DNA of 64,000 bases, taken from an uncultured bacterium. GTDB lineage: Bacteria > Auribacterota > JACPWU01. Of this stretch, positions 47,723 to 60,124 are shown piece by piece. The stretch's first letter is position 1. Each line of letters begins with the position of its first letter. The position numbers and the translations under genes are program-made. The notes beneath the pieces are model-generated. The model ran no database searches and was not told the DNA's origin. It was given only the letters and a program-made list of their open reading frames with translations. The stretch is taken from contig CAZXEQ010000002.1 of the NCBI GenBank assembly GCA_964640155.1, forward strand, positions 322,342-386,341, written 5' to 3'.

Positions 47723-47872
47723 ATGAGAGAAATGATTATTCTCGCGTGCACGGAATGTAAAGACCGAAATTATTGTACTTATAAAAATAAGAAAACGACT
47801 CAAAATCGGTTAGAAAGAAATAAGTTTTGTAGACATTGCCGCAAGCATACGTTGCACAAGGAGACGAAGTAA
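47723..47872 (+). CDS. rpmG: 50S ribosomal protein L33
   Basis: 49-aa [52 protein letters not shown] with CxxC...CxxC zinc ribbon; not in the supplied ORF track; conserved position before secE-nusG. Confidence 0.8.
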   Translation: MREMIILACTECKDRNYCTYKNKKTTQNRLERNKFCRHCRKHTLHKETK

Positions 47873-47964
47873 AAGCGTCGTTTGTTTCTCGCATTTTGTT
47901 TCGTTCAATAATTTTAGTCATAAAAACGAATTACGAATAACAACATACGAGAGACGGTTTTTGA

Positions 47965-48038
47965 AGGCCAGTAGCTCCAATGGCTAGAGCGGCGGTCTCC
48001 AAAACCGCATGTTGCAGGTTCAAGTCCTGCCTGGCCTG
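47965..48038 (+). tRNA. tRNA-Trp (anticodon CCA)
   Basis: aggccagTAGCTCCAATGGCTAGAGC, anticodon loop cuCCAaa, T-arm GCAGGTTCAAGTCCTGC. Confidence 0.85.
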
Positions 48039-48101
48039 GATATTAGAGGGTTAGAGGGCTTGAGTGGTTTTTAAAAATATTTTTATTTAAAAGGTTGAAG
48101 C

Positions 48102-48296
48102 ATGGCAAATCCTGTAAGAAAGTTAGCTAGTTTTTTTGTAGATGCACGACAGGAATTAAAAAAAGTGTCTTGGCCGACTTTAGATGAGTTAAGGGATTCA
48201 ACGATTGTTGTCATTGTTTCAATTGTCTTATTAGCAGCTTTTATTGGAGCAGTTGATTTTCTTTTATCAAAAGTGATTGAAGTTGTGATTCGTTAA
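48102..48296 (+). CDS. secE: preprotein translocase subunit SecE
   Basis: 64 aa, single C-terminal TM, ELKKVSWPT motif; conserved position upstream of nusG. Confidence 0.85.
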   Translation: MANPVRKLASFFVDARQELKKVSWPTLDELRDSTIVVIVSIVLLAAFIGAVDFLLSKVIEVVIR

Positions 48297-48318
48297 GGGA
48301 GAGCATAAGAGCATTGTT

Positions 48319-48846
48319 ATGGCACCTAAATGGTATGTAGTTCATACATTATCTGGTCAGGAAGCAAGAGTTAAAGAGCAACTAGATAAAAAGATTGCGA
48401 TGGAAGGCATTCAGGAAAAGATCACAAACGTCCTGGTCCCGATTGAAAATGTTTCTGAAATCCGATCAGGGAAGAAAAAAATTACAAAAAGAAAATTTTT
48501 CCCAGGATATATCCTTGTTGAAATGGATATGAATGATGATACCTGGTATTTAATAAAAAACACTCAAGGCGTGATTGGTTTTGTAGGTGCAGGAACTCCT
48601 GTCGCTTTGATGGAATCAGAAATTCAAAGCATTTTGAATCAGATTGAAGAGAAAAAAGAAAAGGTTAAACCCAAAGTTATTTTTGAAAAGGGTGAAGCGG
48701 TCAAAGTGAATGATGGTCCGTTCGTCAATTTTACAGGGACTGTCGAAGAATTAGATCCAGATCGAGGCAAGCTTAAAGTCATGGTTTCTATTTTTGGAAG
48801 AGCAACTCCAGTTGAGCTTGAATATTGGCAGGTGGAGAGATCTTAA
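48319..48846 (+). CDS. nusG: transcription termination/antitermination factor NusG
   Basis: WYVVHT.SGQE NGN-domain start and C-terminal KOW motif (GEAVKVNDGPF). Confidence 0.92.
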   Translation: MAPKWYVVHTLSGQEARVKEQLDKKIAMEGIQEKITNVLVPIENVSEIRSGKKKITKRKFFPGYILVEMDMNDDTWYLIKNTQGVIGFVGAGTPVALMESEIQSILNQIEEKKEKVKPKVIFEKGEAVKVNDGPFVNFTGTVEELDPDRGKLKVMVSIFGRATPVELEYWQVERS

Positions 48847-48891
48847 AGAGCGTATATTGCATCTTGAAGTTCGTTATAAAGGAATAAGACA

Positions 48892-49317
48892 ATGGCAAAA
48901 AAAGTAACGGCATTGATTAAATTACAAGTTTCAGCAGGTCAAGCAAATCCTGCTCCTCCGATTGGTCCAGCCTTGGGTCAGCATGGAGTTAATATTATGG
49001 AGTTTTGCAAACAGTTTAATGCAAAAACTCAAGATAAAGCAGGATTGGTGATTCCTGTTGTGATCACTGTTTTTCAGGATAGAACATTTACTTTTATCAT
49101 GAAATCACCCCCTGTTGCTACGCTTCTGAAGCGAGCGGTCGGGATTGCAGTTGCATCTGGAAAACCTAACAAAGAAAAAGTAGGGAAAGTGACCTTAGCT
49201 CAGGTAAAAGAAATCGTGAAGCAGAAAATGGAAGATTTGAATACCAAGAGTGAAGATGCTGCAATGAAAATGGTCATGGGGACGGCTCGAAGTATGGGCA
49301 TTGATATTGCAAGTTAA
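48892..49317 (+). CDS. rplK: 50S ribosomal protein L11
   Basis: [28 protein letters not shown] signature. Confidence 0.93.
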   Translation: MAKKVTALIKLQVSAGQANPAPPIGPALGQHGVNIMEFCKQFNAKTQDKAGLVIPVVITVFQDRTFTFIMKSPPVATLLKRAVGIAVASGKPNKEKVGKVTLAQVKEIVKQKMEDLNTKSEDAAMKMVMGTARSMGIDIAS

Positions 49318-49343
49318 ACATACCCAAAGTTAGAAGGTTCTTT

Positions 49344-50048
49344 ATGAAGACACATTCGAAAAGATTTGAAGCAGGAAAAAAATTGGTTGATTCAGAAAAA
49401 TTATACTCTGTTGCAGAAAGCGTTTCTGTATTGAAAAGTTTTCCAAAAACAAAGTTTGATGAGACAGTAGATTTATCTATTAAATTGGGCGTAGATCCTA
49501 AGCAAACAGATCAACAAGTCCGTGGTACTGTTTCCCTTCCTCATGGAACGGGGAAAAAAGTACGTGTGGTTGTTTTTGCAAAAGGTGAATCAGCCAAACT
49601 TGCAAAGGAAGCAGGAGCAGACCATGTAGGGTTAGACGATTTGGTAGAAAAGATTAATAAAGGTTGGTTTGACTTTGATGTGGTGATTGCTTCTCCAGAA
49701 ACCATGAGAGAAGTAGGAAAGCTTGGAAAAGTATTAGGTCCTAAGGGATTGATGCCAAGCCCAAAGACGGGAACAGTTACCCTTGATGTTGACAAAGCTG
49801 TTAAGGAAGTTAAAGCCGGACGTGTTGAGTTTAAAATGGATAAAAGTGGAAATTTACATTTACCGATTGGAAAAATTTCTTTTGAAGAAAAAGCTTTGGT
49901 TGAAAATGCTTCTGCCGTTTTAGATGCGGTTTATCGATCAAAGCCTTCCACAAGCAAAGGTAGTTTTATGGAAGGGTGTACCATTTCGTCAACCATGAGT
50001 CCGGGAGTTCGCATTCGTACGAGAGGTGGTGAGTCAGATGAGGCCTGA
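49344..50048 (+). CDS. rplA: 50S ribosomal protein L1
   Basis: L1 family sequence ([16 protein letters not shown]...[13 protein letters not shown]). Confidence 0.93.
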   Translation: MKTHSKRFEAGKKLVDSEKLYSVAESVSVLKSFPKTKFDETVDLSIKLGVDPKQTDQQVRGTVSLPHGTGKKVRVVVFAKGESAKLAKEAGADHVGLDDLVEKINKGWFDFDVVIASPETMREVGKLGKVLGPKGLMPSPKTGTVTLDVDKAVKEVKAGRVEFKMDKSGNLHLPIGKISFEEKALVENASAVLDAVYRSKPSTSKGSFMEGCTISSTMSPGVRIRTRGGESDEA

Positions 50049-50571
50049 GAAAGTTTGGATAGTCGATAACCTTAAAAGTGTTTCTAAAGATAAGCCTGTT
50101 ATCGTTTTAACAGACTACACGGGTGTTTCTGCAATTGCGCTTGGAAAACTCAGGGCGCGTTTGAAAGAAGTTTCCGGATCTTATCTTGTTGTTAAAAATC
50201 GTTTGTTTAGATTCGCAGCTAAGGAAGTTTTAGGAGAGGAATCTGTTACAAAAGTTTCTGGGTCTACCGGAGTGGCTTACAGTGACGATCCTGTGAGTCT
50301 TGCTAAAGTCTTGAAAGATTTTTCATCTGAAAATGAAGCTTTCAAGTTGAAAATGGGCTTCTTAAAAAATCGTGTTTTGGATAAGGCTCAAATACTAGAG
50401 CTTTCAAAAATTCCATCCAAGCCGGTTTTAATTGCTCAACTGCTTGGGATTCTCAAGCGCCCCATGTCAGATTTAGTATACGTCTTGAAATCACAAATTT
50501 CAGGCTTGGCCATTGCATTAGAGGCCATTAAGGAACAAAAACAAAAGGCCGAACAAAATAAGGCTTCATAA
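50038..50571 (+). CDS. rplJ: 50S ribosomal protein L10
   Basis: L10 family; conserved rplA-rplJ-rplL order; start ambiguous between 50026 and 50038. Confidence 0.85.
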   Translation: MRPEKVWIVDNLKSVSKDKPVIVLTDYTGVSAIALGKLRARLKEVSGSYLVVKNRLFRFAAKEVLGEESVTKVSGSTGVAYSDDPVSLAKVLKDFSSENEAFKLKMGFLKNRVLDKAQILELSKIPSKPVLIAQLLGILKRPMSDLVYVLKSQISGLAIALEAIKEQKQKAEQNKAS

Positions 50572-50631
50572 AGATAAATCTATAAAAAAGAAAACAATCA
50601 AGATAAAGAAAGAATATAGGAGGAAGAAAAC

Positions 50632-51012
50632 ATGCAACAAATGATCGAGCAAATCGAAAAAATGACAGTATTAGAGCTTTCAGAGTTAGTGAAGGCTTTG
50701 GAGCAAAAGTTTGGTGTAACAGCTCAAGCCCCAGTCATGGGCGTTGCTGTCGCAGGTGCCGCTGGTCAAGCAGGTGGTGCAGCAGCTGCAGTAGAAGAGA
50801 AAACAGAGTTCACTGTTATTCTTGCCAATGCTGGCGATAAGAAAATCAATGTCATTAAAGAAGTAAGAGCCATTACAGGATTAGGCTTAAAAGAAGCGAA
50901 AGATTTAGTTGAGGGAGCTCCAAAACCATTGAAGGAAGGCGTTGCCAAGAAAGAAGCTGAAGAGATCAAGGCAAAGCTTGAAGCTCAGGGTGCAAAGATC
51001 GAACTCAAGTAA
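50632..51012 (+). CDS. rplL: 50S ribosomal protein L7/L12
   Basis: Ala-rich hinge, C-terminal domain [24 protein letters not shown]. Confidence 0.93.
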   Translation: MQQMIEQIEKMTVLELSELVKALEQKFGVTAQAPVMGVAVAGAAGQAGGAAAAVEEKTEFTVILANAGDKKINVIKEVRAITGLGLKEAKDLVEGAPKPLKEGVAKKEAEEIKAKLEAQGAKIELK

Positions 51013-51212
51013 TCTAGAGTTTTTAAAGACGAGTTTTGAATACAGAAATTAAGAATCATTCATAAGAAGAAGTGGTTCGTATGTTGGATTAAGTTGTTTT
51101 GATTAAACAATATACGAGTCCCCAATCTGCTGCCCTCCAGGTCAGATGATTAATCTGTAGGCTCAAAAACTTTAAGACTGACGACTCGCGACTTTTATTA
51201 TAAAGGAAGGTT

Positions 51213-54200
51213 ATGGCCACAAAAACAAAGACAGAGTTAGGGGAATTTGAAGGGAAGAATATTCAAGAGATTTTAGAGCTTCCTAATTTAATTCAAATTC
51301 AAACAAAATCTTATTATGACTTTTTGCAGGCGGAGGTTTTGCCTGAAGAGCGTGAAAATGTTGGACTTCATGCTGTTTTTAATGAAGTTTTCCCAATTCA
51401 AAGTTACGATGAAAACTTGTCTTTGGAATATCTAGGATATTCTTTAGGGGCTCCTAAATATGACATTCTTGAGTCTCAGAGAAGAGGCCTTACCTATTCA
51501 GCTCCTTTGAATGTTACTTTCCGGTTAAAAGAAGGTGACACTGTTAAAGAAGAAACCGTTTATATGGGCAATATCCCCTTAATGACGGATACAGGTACTT
51601 TTATTATCAACGGTGCTGAACGTGTTATTGTCAGTCAGTTGCATCGTTCTCCAGGTGTTTTCTTCGAGCATGAAATCCATGCTGGAGGAATGACTTTATA
51701 TGTCGCTCGTATTATTCCTTATCGTGGAACGTGGATTGAATCCCAATTTGATATTAATGACGTCATTTATGTCTATATGGATAGGCAGAAGAGACGACGA
51801 AAAATTTTAGCAACAGCATTCTTGAGAGCTTTAGGGTATTCCTCAGACAAAGATATTTTGTCTCTTTTCTATGAAGTTGAAGAAGTCAATATTGATAAGA
51901 AGCTCGATCCTTCGACCATTAAAAATCGAATTCTTGCTGATTCTGTGGTTGAGACAAGTACAGGGGCAGTGATTGAAAAAGCAGGTCACAAAGTTTCCAA
52001 AGCCTTGCTTGATAAAATGGATATGTTAGGTCTTAAGAAGCTTTCATTATTAAAAGATGCAGCAGAAGAAGATCCTATGATTAAGATGATTGTGCGTGAT
52101 GCGACAGATTCTACAGATGCTGCTTTAAAAGAAATTTATCGCAGACTGCGACCCGGAGATCCTCCGACTGTTTCTAATGCTAGAACTTTGATTAAAAGGC
52201 TTTTCTTTGATTCAAAGCGCTATGATTTGGGCCGCGTAGGGCGATATAAATTAAATCAACGTCTGGGTCTTTCCATGACGGATGCGCGTCTTCGTAATAC
52301 AGTTCTTGAAAAAGAAGATGTGGTTGAGTCCCTTCGGTATTTGCTTGATTTACGAAAAGGAAAAGGCCAAACGGATGATATTGATCATTTAGGAAATCGT
52401 CGTATTCGTTCCGTAGGCGAGCTTTTGATGAATCAATGTCGTGTAGGTTTAGCAAGAATGGAAAGAGTGATTCGTGAAAGAATGAATCTTTTTGACTCAG
52501 AGGCAGAAATGTTGACGCCTCATAAATTATTGAATCCAAAAGGTCTTTCCGGTGTGATCCGTGATTTCTTTGGTCGCAGTCAGCTTTCTCAATTTTTAGA
52601 TCAAACCAATCCTTTGGCTGAGCTAACGCATAAGCGTCGTCTTTCAGCTCTTGGACCAGGCGGGTTGAATCGAGATCGTGCAGGATTTGAAGTCCGTGAC
52701 GTTCACACCAGTCATTATGGGCGTATTTGTCCTATTGAAACACCTGAAGGTCCAAACATTGGACTTATTTCATCTTTGTCCACTTACGCTAGAATCAATG
52801 ATTATGGGTTTCTTGAAACGCCCTATCGAAAAGTAGTGGATGGTTGTGTGACGGATAAAATTGTTCATGTCACTGCAGATTTGGAAGAAAATAATGTAAT
52901 CGCTCAGGCCAGTGCGAAATTGGATGAAAAAGGGCGCTTTCTGGAAGAATGGGTTCAGGTTCGCCATAAAGGTGAATTCATGAAAGTAGAACCTGCTCGA
53001 GTCGATTATATGGACGTGTCACCTCTTCAGTTGGTGAGTGTGGCTGCAGGGTTGATTCCTTTCTTGGAACATGATGATGCAAACCGAGCTTTGATGGGAT
53101 CGAACATGCAACGTCAGGGAGTTCCTCTTCTTTCAACAGAAGCTCCTCTTGTTTCAACAGGATTAGAACATCGTGCTGCGAAGGATTCGGGGGTTGTGGT
53201 TGTTGCTCGTAATTCTGGTGAAGTTACCTATTCAGATTCTTCTGAGATTGTGATTGGAGATCAAGTTCACCCTCTTAAGAAATTCTTAAGGTCTAATGCA
53301 GGTACAACGGTGAATCAGAGACCTTTGGTTAAAAAAGGTGACAAGGTTAAAGCGGGACAAGTGATTGCAGACGGTATGGCGACAAAAGGTGGGCATTTGG
53401 CTTTGGGGCGAAATGTGTTGGTCGCCTTTATGCCATGGGAAGGATATAACTTTGAAGATGCTATTTTGATCAGTCAAAGATTGGTCAAAGAAGATGTATA
53501 CACCTCTATTCATATTGAGGAATTTGAAATTGGAGCTCGCGATACTAAGTTAGGTAAAGAAGAAATTACCCGTGATATTCCCAATGTCGGTGAAGAAGCC
53601 TTAAAAAATCTTGGCGAAGACGGCATCATTCGCATTGGTGCTGAAGTAAAGCCAGGGGATGTTTTGGTTGGAAAAATCACACCCAAAAGTGAAACAGAAC
53701 TTTCTCCAGAAGAGCGCTTGCTCAGAGCCATTTTCGGCGAAAAAGCGGCAGATGTAAGAGACACTTCTTTGAGAGTGCCCAGCGGTACTGAAGGCATTGT
53801 TATTGATGTGAAAGTATTTTCCAGAAAAGAAAAAGCTGCTGGGGATGAAGAACAGGCCGAAGAGAGATCCAAAGTTCGTCGCTTGAATGATGATTATCGT
53901 AAGAAATGTGCAGATTTGAAGAAAACGGCTTTTACTAAAATTCGCGATATTTTGTTAGATGTTAAATTGGCAGTGGATATTGTCAATTCTGAAACAGGCG
54001 AAATTGTAATTCCTCGTAACAACAAAGTTAGTAAAGCCATGCTCGATAAATTAGAAGAGATGGAATATGAATCAATCGAGATGGAAAAATGTGTTGAGCG
54101 AGATAGAATGAAAATGGCTCTTTGGGAATATCGCAATAGCTTAGATGCTGTTCAAACCATTCATAGCATGGAAATTGAGAAATTGAAAAAAGGCGACGAG

Positions 54201-54944
54201 CTTGAACCCGGCGTGATTAAGAAAGTAAAGGCATATGTTGCAACTAAACGAAAGCTTTCTGTCGGTGATAAAATGGCCGGTCGTCATGGAAATAAAGGTG
54301 TTATTGCAAAAGTAATTCCTGAAGAAGATATGCCATTTTTGGCAGATGGAACACCCGTAGATATGGTGTTGAATCCTTTGGGTGTGCCCTCCAGAATGAA
54401 CGTGGGACAGGTTATGGAAACCCATTTGGGAATTGTTGCTAGAACATTAGGAATGAAAATTGTGTCTCCTGTGTTTAGAGGTATTAAAGATGCTGATATC
54501 CGTGCTTTGTTAAAACAAGCAGGTTATCCTGAAACTGGCAAAATGATTCTTTATGATGGAAGAACAGGAGAGTCTTTTGATCAAGATGTCGTAGTGGGAT
54601 ATATTTATATGTTGAAGTTGGCTCATTTGGCAGCAGATAAGATTCATGCCAGAGCCATTGGTCCTTACTCTTTGGTGACACAACAGCCTTTGGGTGGTAA
54701 AGCCCAATTTGGTGGCCAGAGATTTGGAGAAATGGAAGTTTGGGCTTTAGAGGCCTATGGAGCAGCTTATACATTGCAGGAAATTTTGACAGTTAAATCT
54801 GATGATGTGGCAGGTCGAACCAGGATGTATGAATCCATTGTCAAAGGACAAAATGTATTAGAAGCTGGAACTCCAGAATCATTTAATGTTTTGGTGAAAG
54901 AAATCCAAAGTCTTGCTTTGGATATTCGGGCCGAAAAAGACTAA
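51213..54944 (+). CDS. rpoB: DNA-directed RNA polymerase subunit beta
   Basis: 1243 aa with conserved beta-subunit blocks (e.g. [18 protein letters not shown]; NMQRQ). Confidence 0.97.
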   Translation: MATKTKTELGEFEGKNIQEILELPNLIQIQTKSYYDFLQAEVLPEERENVGLHAVFNEVFPIQSYDENLSLEYLGYSLGAPKYDILESQRRGLTYSAPLNVTFRLKEGDTVKEETVYMGNIPLMTDTGTFIINGAERVIVSQLHRSPGVFFEHEIHAGGMTLYVARIIPYRGTWIESQFDINDVIYVYMDRQKRRRKILATAFLRALGYSSDKDILSLFYEVEEVNIDKKLDPSTIKNRILADSVVETSTGAVIEKAGHKVSKALLDKMDMLGLKKLSLLKDAAEEDPMIKMIVRDATDSTDAALKEIYRRLRPGDPPTVSNARTLIKRLFFDSKRYDLGRVGRYKLNQRLGLSMTDARLRNTVLEKEDVVESLRYLLDLRKGKGQTDDIDHLGNRRIRSVGELLMNQCRVGLARMERVIRERMNLFDSEAEMLTPHKLLNPKGLSGVIRDFFGRSQLSQFLDQTNPLAELTHKRRLSALGPGGLNRDRAGFEVRDVHTSHYGRICPIETPEGPNIGLISSLSTYARINDYGFLETPYRKVVDGCVTDKIVHVTADLEENNVIAQASAKLDEKGRFLEEWVQVRHKGEFMKVEPARVDYMDVSPLQLVSVAAGLIPFLEHDDANRALMGSNMQRQGVPLLSTEAPLVSTGLEHRAAKDSGVVVVARNSGEVTYSDSSEIVIGDQVHPLKKFLRSNAGTTVNQRPLVKKGDKVKAGQVIADGMATKGGHLALGRNVLVAFMPWEGYNFEDAILISQRLVKEDVYTSIHIEEFEIGARDTKLGKEEITRDIPNVGEEALKNLGEDGIIRIGAEVKPGDVLVGKITPKSETELSPEERLLRAIFGEKAADVRDTSLRVPSGTEGIVIDVKVFSRKEKAAGDEEQAEERSKVRRLNDDYRKKCADLKKTAFTKIRDILLDVKLAVDIVNSETGEIVIPRNNKVSKAMLDKLEEMEYESIEMEKCVERDRMKMALWEYRNSLDAVQTIHSMEIEKLKKGDELEPGVIKKVKAYVATKRKLSVGDKMAGRHGNKGVIAKVIPEEDMPFLADGTPVDMVLNPLGVPSRMNVGQVMETHLGIVARTLGMKIVSPVFRGIKDADIRALLKQAGYPETGKMILYDGRTGESFDQDVVVGYIYMLKLAHLAADKIHARAIGPYSLVTQQPLGGKAQFGGQRFGEMEVWALEAYGAAYTLQEILTVKSDDVAGRTRMYESIVKGQNVLEAGTPESFNVLVKEIQSLALDIRAEKD

Positions 54945-54972
54945 CAGCTCAGGCGACTTCTTAATAAGGAGA

Positions 54973-57900
54973 ATGAATCAAATGTCAGAACTAGATTTAG
55001 AGAAAAAAGCAATATTGGGTTTCGATGAAGGTCCTTTGTTCAGCAAGATTTCTATTCGTCTTGCCCCAGGGGAAATAATTAAAGAATGGTCAAAAGGAGA
55101 AGTAAAAAATCCAGAGACCATTAATTATCGTACTTTCAAGCCTGAAAAAGGTGGTCTTTTCTGTGAAAGAATTTTTGGTCCTACCAAAGATTGGGAATGC
55201 AGTTGCGGTAAATACAAAAGAATTAAACACAAGGGCGTGGTGTGCGATCGTTGCGGTGTAGAAGTCACACAAGCTCGTGTAAGACGTGAACGTATGGGGC
55301 ATATTGAACTTGCGGCTCCTGTGGCGCATATTTGGTTTTTTAAAGCGATGCCGAGTCGTATCGGTAATATGTTAGGTATTTCTACGCGATCTTTGGAAAG
55401 AGTTCTTTACTATGAAGATCATATTGTGACAGATCCTGGAAATACTGCTTTAGAGCTTCAACAACTTTTAACGGAATCTGAATATCGTCAAGCACAAGAA
55501 ACGTATGGTAAGGGTTTTACTGCTAAGATGGGTGCAGAGGCTATTAAAGAACTTTTGAAAAAAATTGATCTTTCAAAGCTTGCGACTCAATTAAGAGCAG
55601 AGCTGAAGAAAACAAAAAGTCAGCAAGCGAAGAAAAAAATCAGCAAACGCTTGAAGATTGTCGAAGGTTTTCGTAGATCAGCCAATAAACCAGATTCAAT
55701 GATTTTAGATGTGGTTCCTGTGATCCCGCCTGATTTAAGACCTTTAGTTCCTTTAGAAGGCGGTCGTTTTGCTACGTCTGATTTGAATGATCTCTATCGA
55801 CGTGTGATTAACCGAAATAATCGTCTGAAAACCATTTTGCAATTAAAAACGCCGGATGTTATTGTTCGCAATGAAAAGCGCATGCTTCAGGAAGCAGTGG
55901 ATGCTCTTTTTGATAATGGAAGACATGGGCGTCCTGTGTTGGGTTCAGGAAATCGTCCTTTAAAATCATTGGCAGAAATGCTGAAGGGTAAACAGGGGCG
56001 TTTTAGGCAAAACTTACTCGGTAAACGTGTGGATTATTCAGGCCGTGCGGTTATTGTGGTGGGCCCTGAATTGAAGCTTCATCAATGTGGACTCCCAAAG
56101 AAAATGGCTTTAGAGCTTTTTGAGCCTTTTATCATTCGTCATTTAAAAGATTTGGGGCATGTTCATACGATTCGAAGTGCAAAAAAAATGATTGAGTCGG
56201 GTGCGCCCGAAGTATGGGATATTTTGGAAACAGTGACGAAGGACCATCCGGTTCTTTTGAATCGAGCTCCAACGCTGCATCGTTTGGGAATTCAAGCTTT
56301 TGAGCCTGTCCTTGTTGAGGGAGAAGCGATTCGTGTTCATCCTCTTGTTTGTACAGCCTTTAATGCTGACTTTGATGGTGACCAGATGGCGGTTCACGTG
56401 CCTCTTTCTGTTGAAGCTCAGTTGGAAGCGCGTTTGCTGATGCTTTCATCCAATAATGTGTTTTCTCCTTCAAGTGGAAAACCCGTTTTAACACCTACGC
56501 AGGATATTATTTTGGGTTGTTATTATTTAACGAAGAGTCCACGCCCAAATTCTAAAGTGACAAAATCATTTTCAAGTGTGGATGAAGTGATGTTGGCCTA
56601 TTCAGAAAAAGTCATTAAAATTCATGATTTGATTAAAATCCGTATTGATGGCAAATCGATTGAGACCACATGTGGACGTGCAATTTTCAACGAAAGTTTG
56701 CCCAAAGAGTTATGGTTTGTGAATCATGAAATTGATAAAAAAGCCCTTTCTAAGTTGATCATCCGTTGTTATGAAAAAGTAGGGCATCAACGAACGATTG
56801 AAACTTTGGATCGCCTTAAACAGTTGGGTTTCCATTCTGCGACGAAGGCCGGTATTTCTATTTCAGTGTCCGACATGATGATTCCAAAAGAGAAAGATGG
56901 AATTATTCAAGCTGCGCACAAAGAAGTTGAAAAAGTTGAAAAGCAATATCGTGCAGGGTCTATCACAGAAGGTGAACGTTATAATAAAATTATTGATATT
57001 TGGACACATGCGACCGATGGTATTTCTGAAGCCTTGTTTAGAGGCCTTGAAGATAATCGTGAGAATAGAGGTATTAATCCTCTCTTTATCATGGTGGATT
57101 CAGGCGCCAGAGGTTCTAAACAACAGATTCGTCAGCTTTCAGGAATGCGTGGTTTGATGGCGAAGCCTTCAGGAGAAATTATTGAAAGCCCCATTACATC
57201 AAACTTTAAAGAAGGCTTGAGCGTGTTGGAATACTTTATTTCAACGCACGGAGCTCGTAAAGGTCTTGCCGATACAGCCTTGAAAACAGCCGATTCAGGC
57301 TATTTAACGCGTCGATTGGTGGATGTCGGACAAGATGTCATTATTACTGAGATGGATTGCCGAACATTGAATGGAATTGAAGCTCGTCCTATTTTTGAAG
57401 GTGACGAAGAAATGGTCACTTTGCGCGAAAGAATTTTTGGACGCGTAAGTTTGGATGATGTATTTAATCCTATTACCAAAGAAGCGGTGGTTCATGCCGA
57501 TGAAGAAATAAATGAAAAAGCTTGTGAGAATGTTGAGAAAATGGGTCTTGAAAAACTCAGAATCCGATCTGTTTTAACTTGTGAGTCTCTTCGAGGAATT
57601 TGTGCCAAATGTTATGGTCGAAATCTTTCAACAGGAAAGCTTGTGGATCTTGGAGTTGCAGCGGGAATTATAGCAGCCCAATCGATTGGAGAGCCTGGAA
57701 CGCAGTTGACCATGAGAACGTTCCATATCGGTGGAACGGCCAGTCAGATTTTTAAACAACCCCAGATTGCTGCAAAAAATGACGGGACTTTGCGTTATAA
57801 CGAAGCCAAAGTCGTTGTTAATAAAGAAGGCAATCACATTGTTCTAAATAAAACAGGAACGGTGTCTGTTGATAGTGACGATGGACGAGAGCTTGAGAAG

Positions 57901-59046
57901 CATACTTTAGTCGTGGGTGCTGTGGTTAGCATTCCTCCTGGAGGTAAGGTGAAGAAGGGGGAGATCTTTATTCGATGGGATCCATACAATATTCCTATTT
58001 TGACAGAACAATCAGGTTATATTCGATTCCACGATATTATTGAAGGTTCCACCATGAAAAAAGATCTTGATCAATCCACGGGATTGATCGGGACGATCAT
58101 CATGGAGCACAAAGAAGATCTACATCCTCAAATTATCGTAACTGATAAGGATGGAAAAGAAATTTACGGATATTATTCTATTCCAGCTGGAGCTCACGTT
58201 GTAGTGAGTGAAGGGGATCATGTTGAGGGAGGAAGTTTATTAGCAAAAACACCTCGAAAAGTTTCAAAAACAAAAGATATCACTGGAGGTCTTCCACGTG
58301 TGGCTGAACTTTTTGAAGCGCGTCGTCCTAAAGATGCCTCTGAAATTGCAAAAATTGATGGAGTTGTGGAATTCAGAGGAACGTTCAAAGGTAAGCGTTT
58401 ATTAATAGTGAAGGATGAAATTACAGGTATTGAAGAGGAGCATCTTATTCCTCACAAGAAACATTTGACAGTTTATAAAGGGGATCGTGTTAAGAAAGGC
58501 CAGCAATTAACGGAAGGCCCAATTGTTCCTCAAGAAATATTACAAGTGTGCGGACCAAAAGAATTGCAAGAATATCTGGTCAATCAGATCCAAGAAGTGT
58601 ATCGTCTTCAGGGAGTTGAAATTAACGATAAGCATATTGAAATTATTATTCGTCAGATGCTGAGAAAGGTTTCAATTACAGATCCAGGAGATACGGATTT
58701 TCTTTTCAATGAACAAATTGATAAAATCCGTTTTCGACAAGAAAATGAACGCGTGATTAAGAATGGTGGAACGCCTGCAGAGGCTTCTCCTCTTCTCTTG
58801 GGAATTACCAAAGCTTCATTAACAACAGAGAGCTTTATTTCGGCAGCATCGTTCCAAGAAACAACACGTGTCTTGACGGAAGCCGCTTCAGAGGGCAAAA
58901 TAGATTATTTACGCGGGTTTAAAGAGAATGTCATCATGGGACATCTTATCCCGGCTGGAACAGGCGCTACGACATATCGCGATATTAAAGTTGTTAAAGG
59001 TAAGTCAGAAGAGCTTGCGATATTAGAAGAGTCTGGAAAAATATGA
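54973..59046 (+). CDS. rpoC: DNA-directed RNA polymerase subunit beta'
   Basis: Zinc-binding CxxC region, [12 protein letters not shown] catalytic motif; start placed at ATG after AAGGAG RBS rather than the overlapping upstream Met. Confidence 0.95.
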   Translation: MNQMSELDLEKKAILGFDEGPLFSKISIRLAPGEIIKEWSKGEVKNPETINYRTFKPEKGGLFCERIFGPTKDWECSCGKYKRIKHKGVVCDRCGVEVTQARVRRERMGHIELAAPVAHIWFFKAMPSRIGNMLGISTRSLERVLYYEDHIVTDPGNTALELQQLLTESEYRQAQETYGKGFTAKMGAEAIKELLKKIDLSKLATQLRAELKKTKSQQAKKKISKRLKIVEGFRRSANKPDSMILDVVPVIPPDLRPLVPLEGGRFATSDLNDLYRRVINRNNRLKTILQLKTPDVIVRNEKRMLQEAVDALFDNGRHGRPVLGSGNRPLKSLAEMLKGKQGRFRQNLLGKRVDYSGRAVIVVGPELKLHQCGLPKKMALELFEPFIIRHLKDLGHVHTIRSAKKMIESGAPEVWDILETVTKDHPVLLNRAPTLHRLGIQAFEPVLVEGEAIRVHPLVCTAFNADFDGDQMAVHVPLSVEAQLEARLLMLSSNNVFSPSSGKPVLTPTQDIILGCYYLTKSPRPNSKVTKSFSSVDEVMLAYSEKVIKIHDLIKIRIDGKSIETTCGRAIFNESLPKELWFVNHEIDKKALSKLIIRCYEKVGHQRTIETLDRLKQLGFHSATKAGISISVSDMMIPKEKDGIIQAAHKEVEKVEKQYRAGSITEGERYNKIIDIWTHATDGISEALFRGLEDNRENRGINPLFIMVDSGARGSKQQIRQLSGMRGLMAKPSGEIIESPITSNFKEGLSVLEYFISTHGARKGLADTALKTADSGYLTRRLVDVGQDVIITEMDCRTLNGIEARPIFEGDEEMVTLRERIFGRVSLDDVFNPITKEAVVHADEEINEKACENVEKMGLEKLRIRSVLTCESLRGICAKCYGRNLSTGKLVDLGVAAGIIAAQSIGEPGTQLTMRTFHIGGTASQIFKQPQIAAKNDGTLRYNEAKVVVNKEGNHIVLNKTGTVSVDSDDGRELEKHTLVVGAVVSIPPGGKVKKGEIFIRWDPYNIPILTEQSGYIRFHDIIEGSTMKKDLDQSTGLIGTIIMEHKEDLHPQIIVTDKDGKEIYGYYSIPAGAHVVVSEGDHVEGGSLLAKTPRKVSKTKDITGGLPRVAELFEARRPKDASEIAKIDGVVEFRGTFKGKRLLIVKDEITGIEEEHLIPHKKHLTVYKGDRVKKGQQLTEGPIVPQEILQVCGPKELQEYLVNQIQEVYRLQGVEINDKHIEIIIRQMLRKVSITDPGDTDFLFNEQIDKIRFRQENERVIKNGGTPAEASPLLLGITKASLTTESFISAASFQETTRVLTEAASEGKIDYLRGFKENVIMGHLIPAGTGATTYRDIKVVKGKSEELAILEESGKI

Positions 59047-59067
59047 AATTGATGATAGGGAGTTTTT

Positions 59068-59457
59068 ATGCCAACAATTAATCAATTGGTAAGAAAAGGG
59101 CGTCGTAAGCCTGTGTATCGAAGTAAAAGTCCTGCTCTTGTGGGTTCTCCTCAAAGACGAGGGGTATGTTTGGTTGTTAAAACGATGACACCTAAAAAGC
59201 CAAACTCAGCACTTCGTAAAATTGCTCGTGTACGTTTAAGCAATGGTCAAGAAGTGACGGCCTATATTCCGGGCATCGGACATAATTTACAAGAACACTC
59301 GATTGTTTTAGTTCGTGGAGGACGTGTCAAAGATTTACCAGGTGTTCGTTATCATATTGTACGAGGAACATTGGATGCTCAAGGCGTTGCGAATCGTGGT
59401 CAAGGTCGCAGCAAGTACGGAGCTAAGGTTCCTAAGCAATCCGAAAAGAAAGCGTAA
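59068..59457 (+). CDS. rpsL: 30S ribosomal protein S12
   Basis: [12 protein letters not shown] start, [10 protein letters not shown] motif. Confidence 0.96.
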   Translation: MPTINQLVRKGRRKPVYRSKSPALVGSPQRRGVCLVVKTMTPKKPNSALRKIARVRLSNGQEVTAYIPGIGHNLQEHSIVLVRGGRVKDLPGVRYHIVRGTLDAQGVANRGQGRSKYGAKVPKQSEKKA

Positions 59458-59469
59458 AAGGATAGAGTC

Positions 59470-59937
59470 ATGAGAAGAAGACAGGCGATTAAAAGAAAAT
59501 CATCACCCGACATTCGTTATGGCAGCTTAGCTGTGACAAGATTTATTAATACGATTTTACGATGCGGGAAAAGAAGTTTGGCAGAACGTATTTTTTATAA
59601 CGCTCTCTCGAAAGTAAGCGAGAAGGTTGGGAAGCCTCCGATGGATGTTCTTGAAAAGGCTTTGAATCACGTGAAGCCTATCATTGAAACAAAGTCGCGA
59701 AGAGTGGGCGGTGCTACGTATCAAGTGCCCGTTGAAATTACTCCTGAGCGCCAGATTGCATTGGCCAGTCGTTGGATTATTGATTATGCAAAAGATCGTA
59801 AAGGTGTGGCCATGGAAGATGCTTTGGTTCAAGAGTTAGTAGATGCTTACAACAATACAGGTGCGGCTCTCAAGAAAAGAGAAGATACGCATAAAATGGC
59901 AGAATCCAATCGGGCTTTTGCTCATTATAGATGGTAA
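59470..59937 (+). CDS. rpsG: 30S ribosomal protein S7
   Basis: S7 family sequence; conserved rpsL-rpsG order. Confidence 0.95.
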   Translation: MRRRQAIKRKSSPDIRYGSLAVTRFINTILRCGKRSLAERIFYNALSKVSEKVGKPPMDVLEKALNHVKPIIETKSRRVGGATYQVPVEITPERQIALASRWIIDYAKDRKGVAMEDALVQELVDAYNNTGAALKKREDTHKMAESNRAFAHYRW

Positions 59938-59969
59938 TTTAAACAAAGCTTAAAGGTTCAGAAAAAGTT

Positions 59970-60083
59970 ATGAAAGTAAGAGCTTCGATTAAAAGATTAT
60001 GTGTGAAATGCAAAATTGTTCGTCGTAAAGGACGACTTTATATTATTTGTTCGGATTCTCGACACAAACAAAGACAAGGATAA
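59970..60083 (+). CDS. rpmJ: ribosomal protein L36-like (zinc-ribbon type)
   Basis: 37-aa [40 protein letters not shown] matching the L36 pattern (C-x2-C...C...H); not in the supplied ORF track; unusual position between rpsG and fusA. Confidence 0.7.
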   Translation: MKVRASIKRLCVKCKIVRRKGRLYIICSDSRHKQRQG

Positions 60084-60124
60084 ATTAATCCGAAAATAAA
60101 AATTTGGATTTTAAAAGAGATTTT

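Noticed and set aside
52192-54774. Multiple minus-strand ORFs of 65-120 aa inside rpoB (and similar ones inside rpoC, fusA, ftsH, A2M)
   Set aside because: Fully embedded in strongly supported long CDSs on the other strand; low-complexity translations; treated as spurious.
60104-60124. TTG-initiated N-terminal extension of fusA (MDFKRDF)
   Set aside because: EF-G conservation starts at the ATG at 60125 ([14 protein letters not shown]...).
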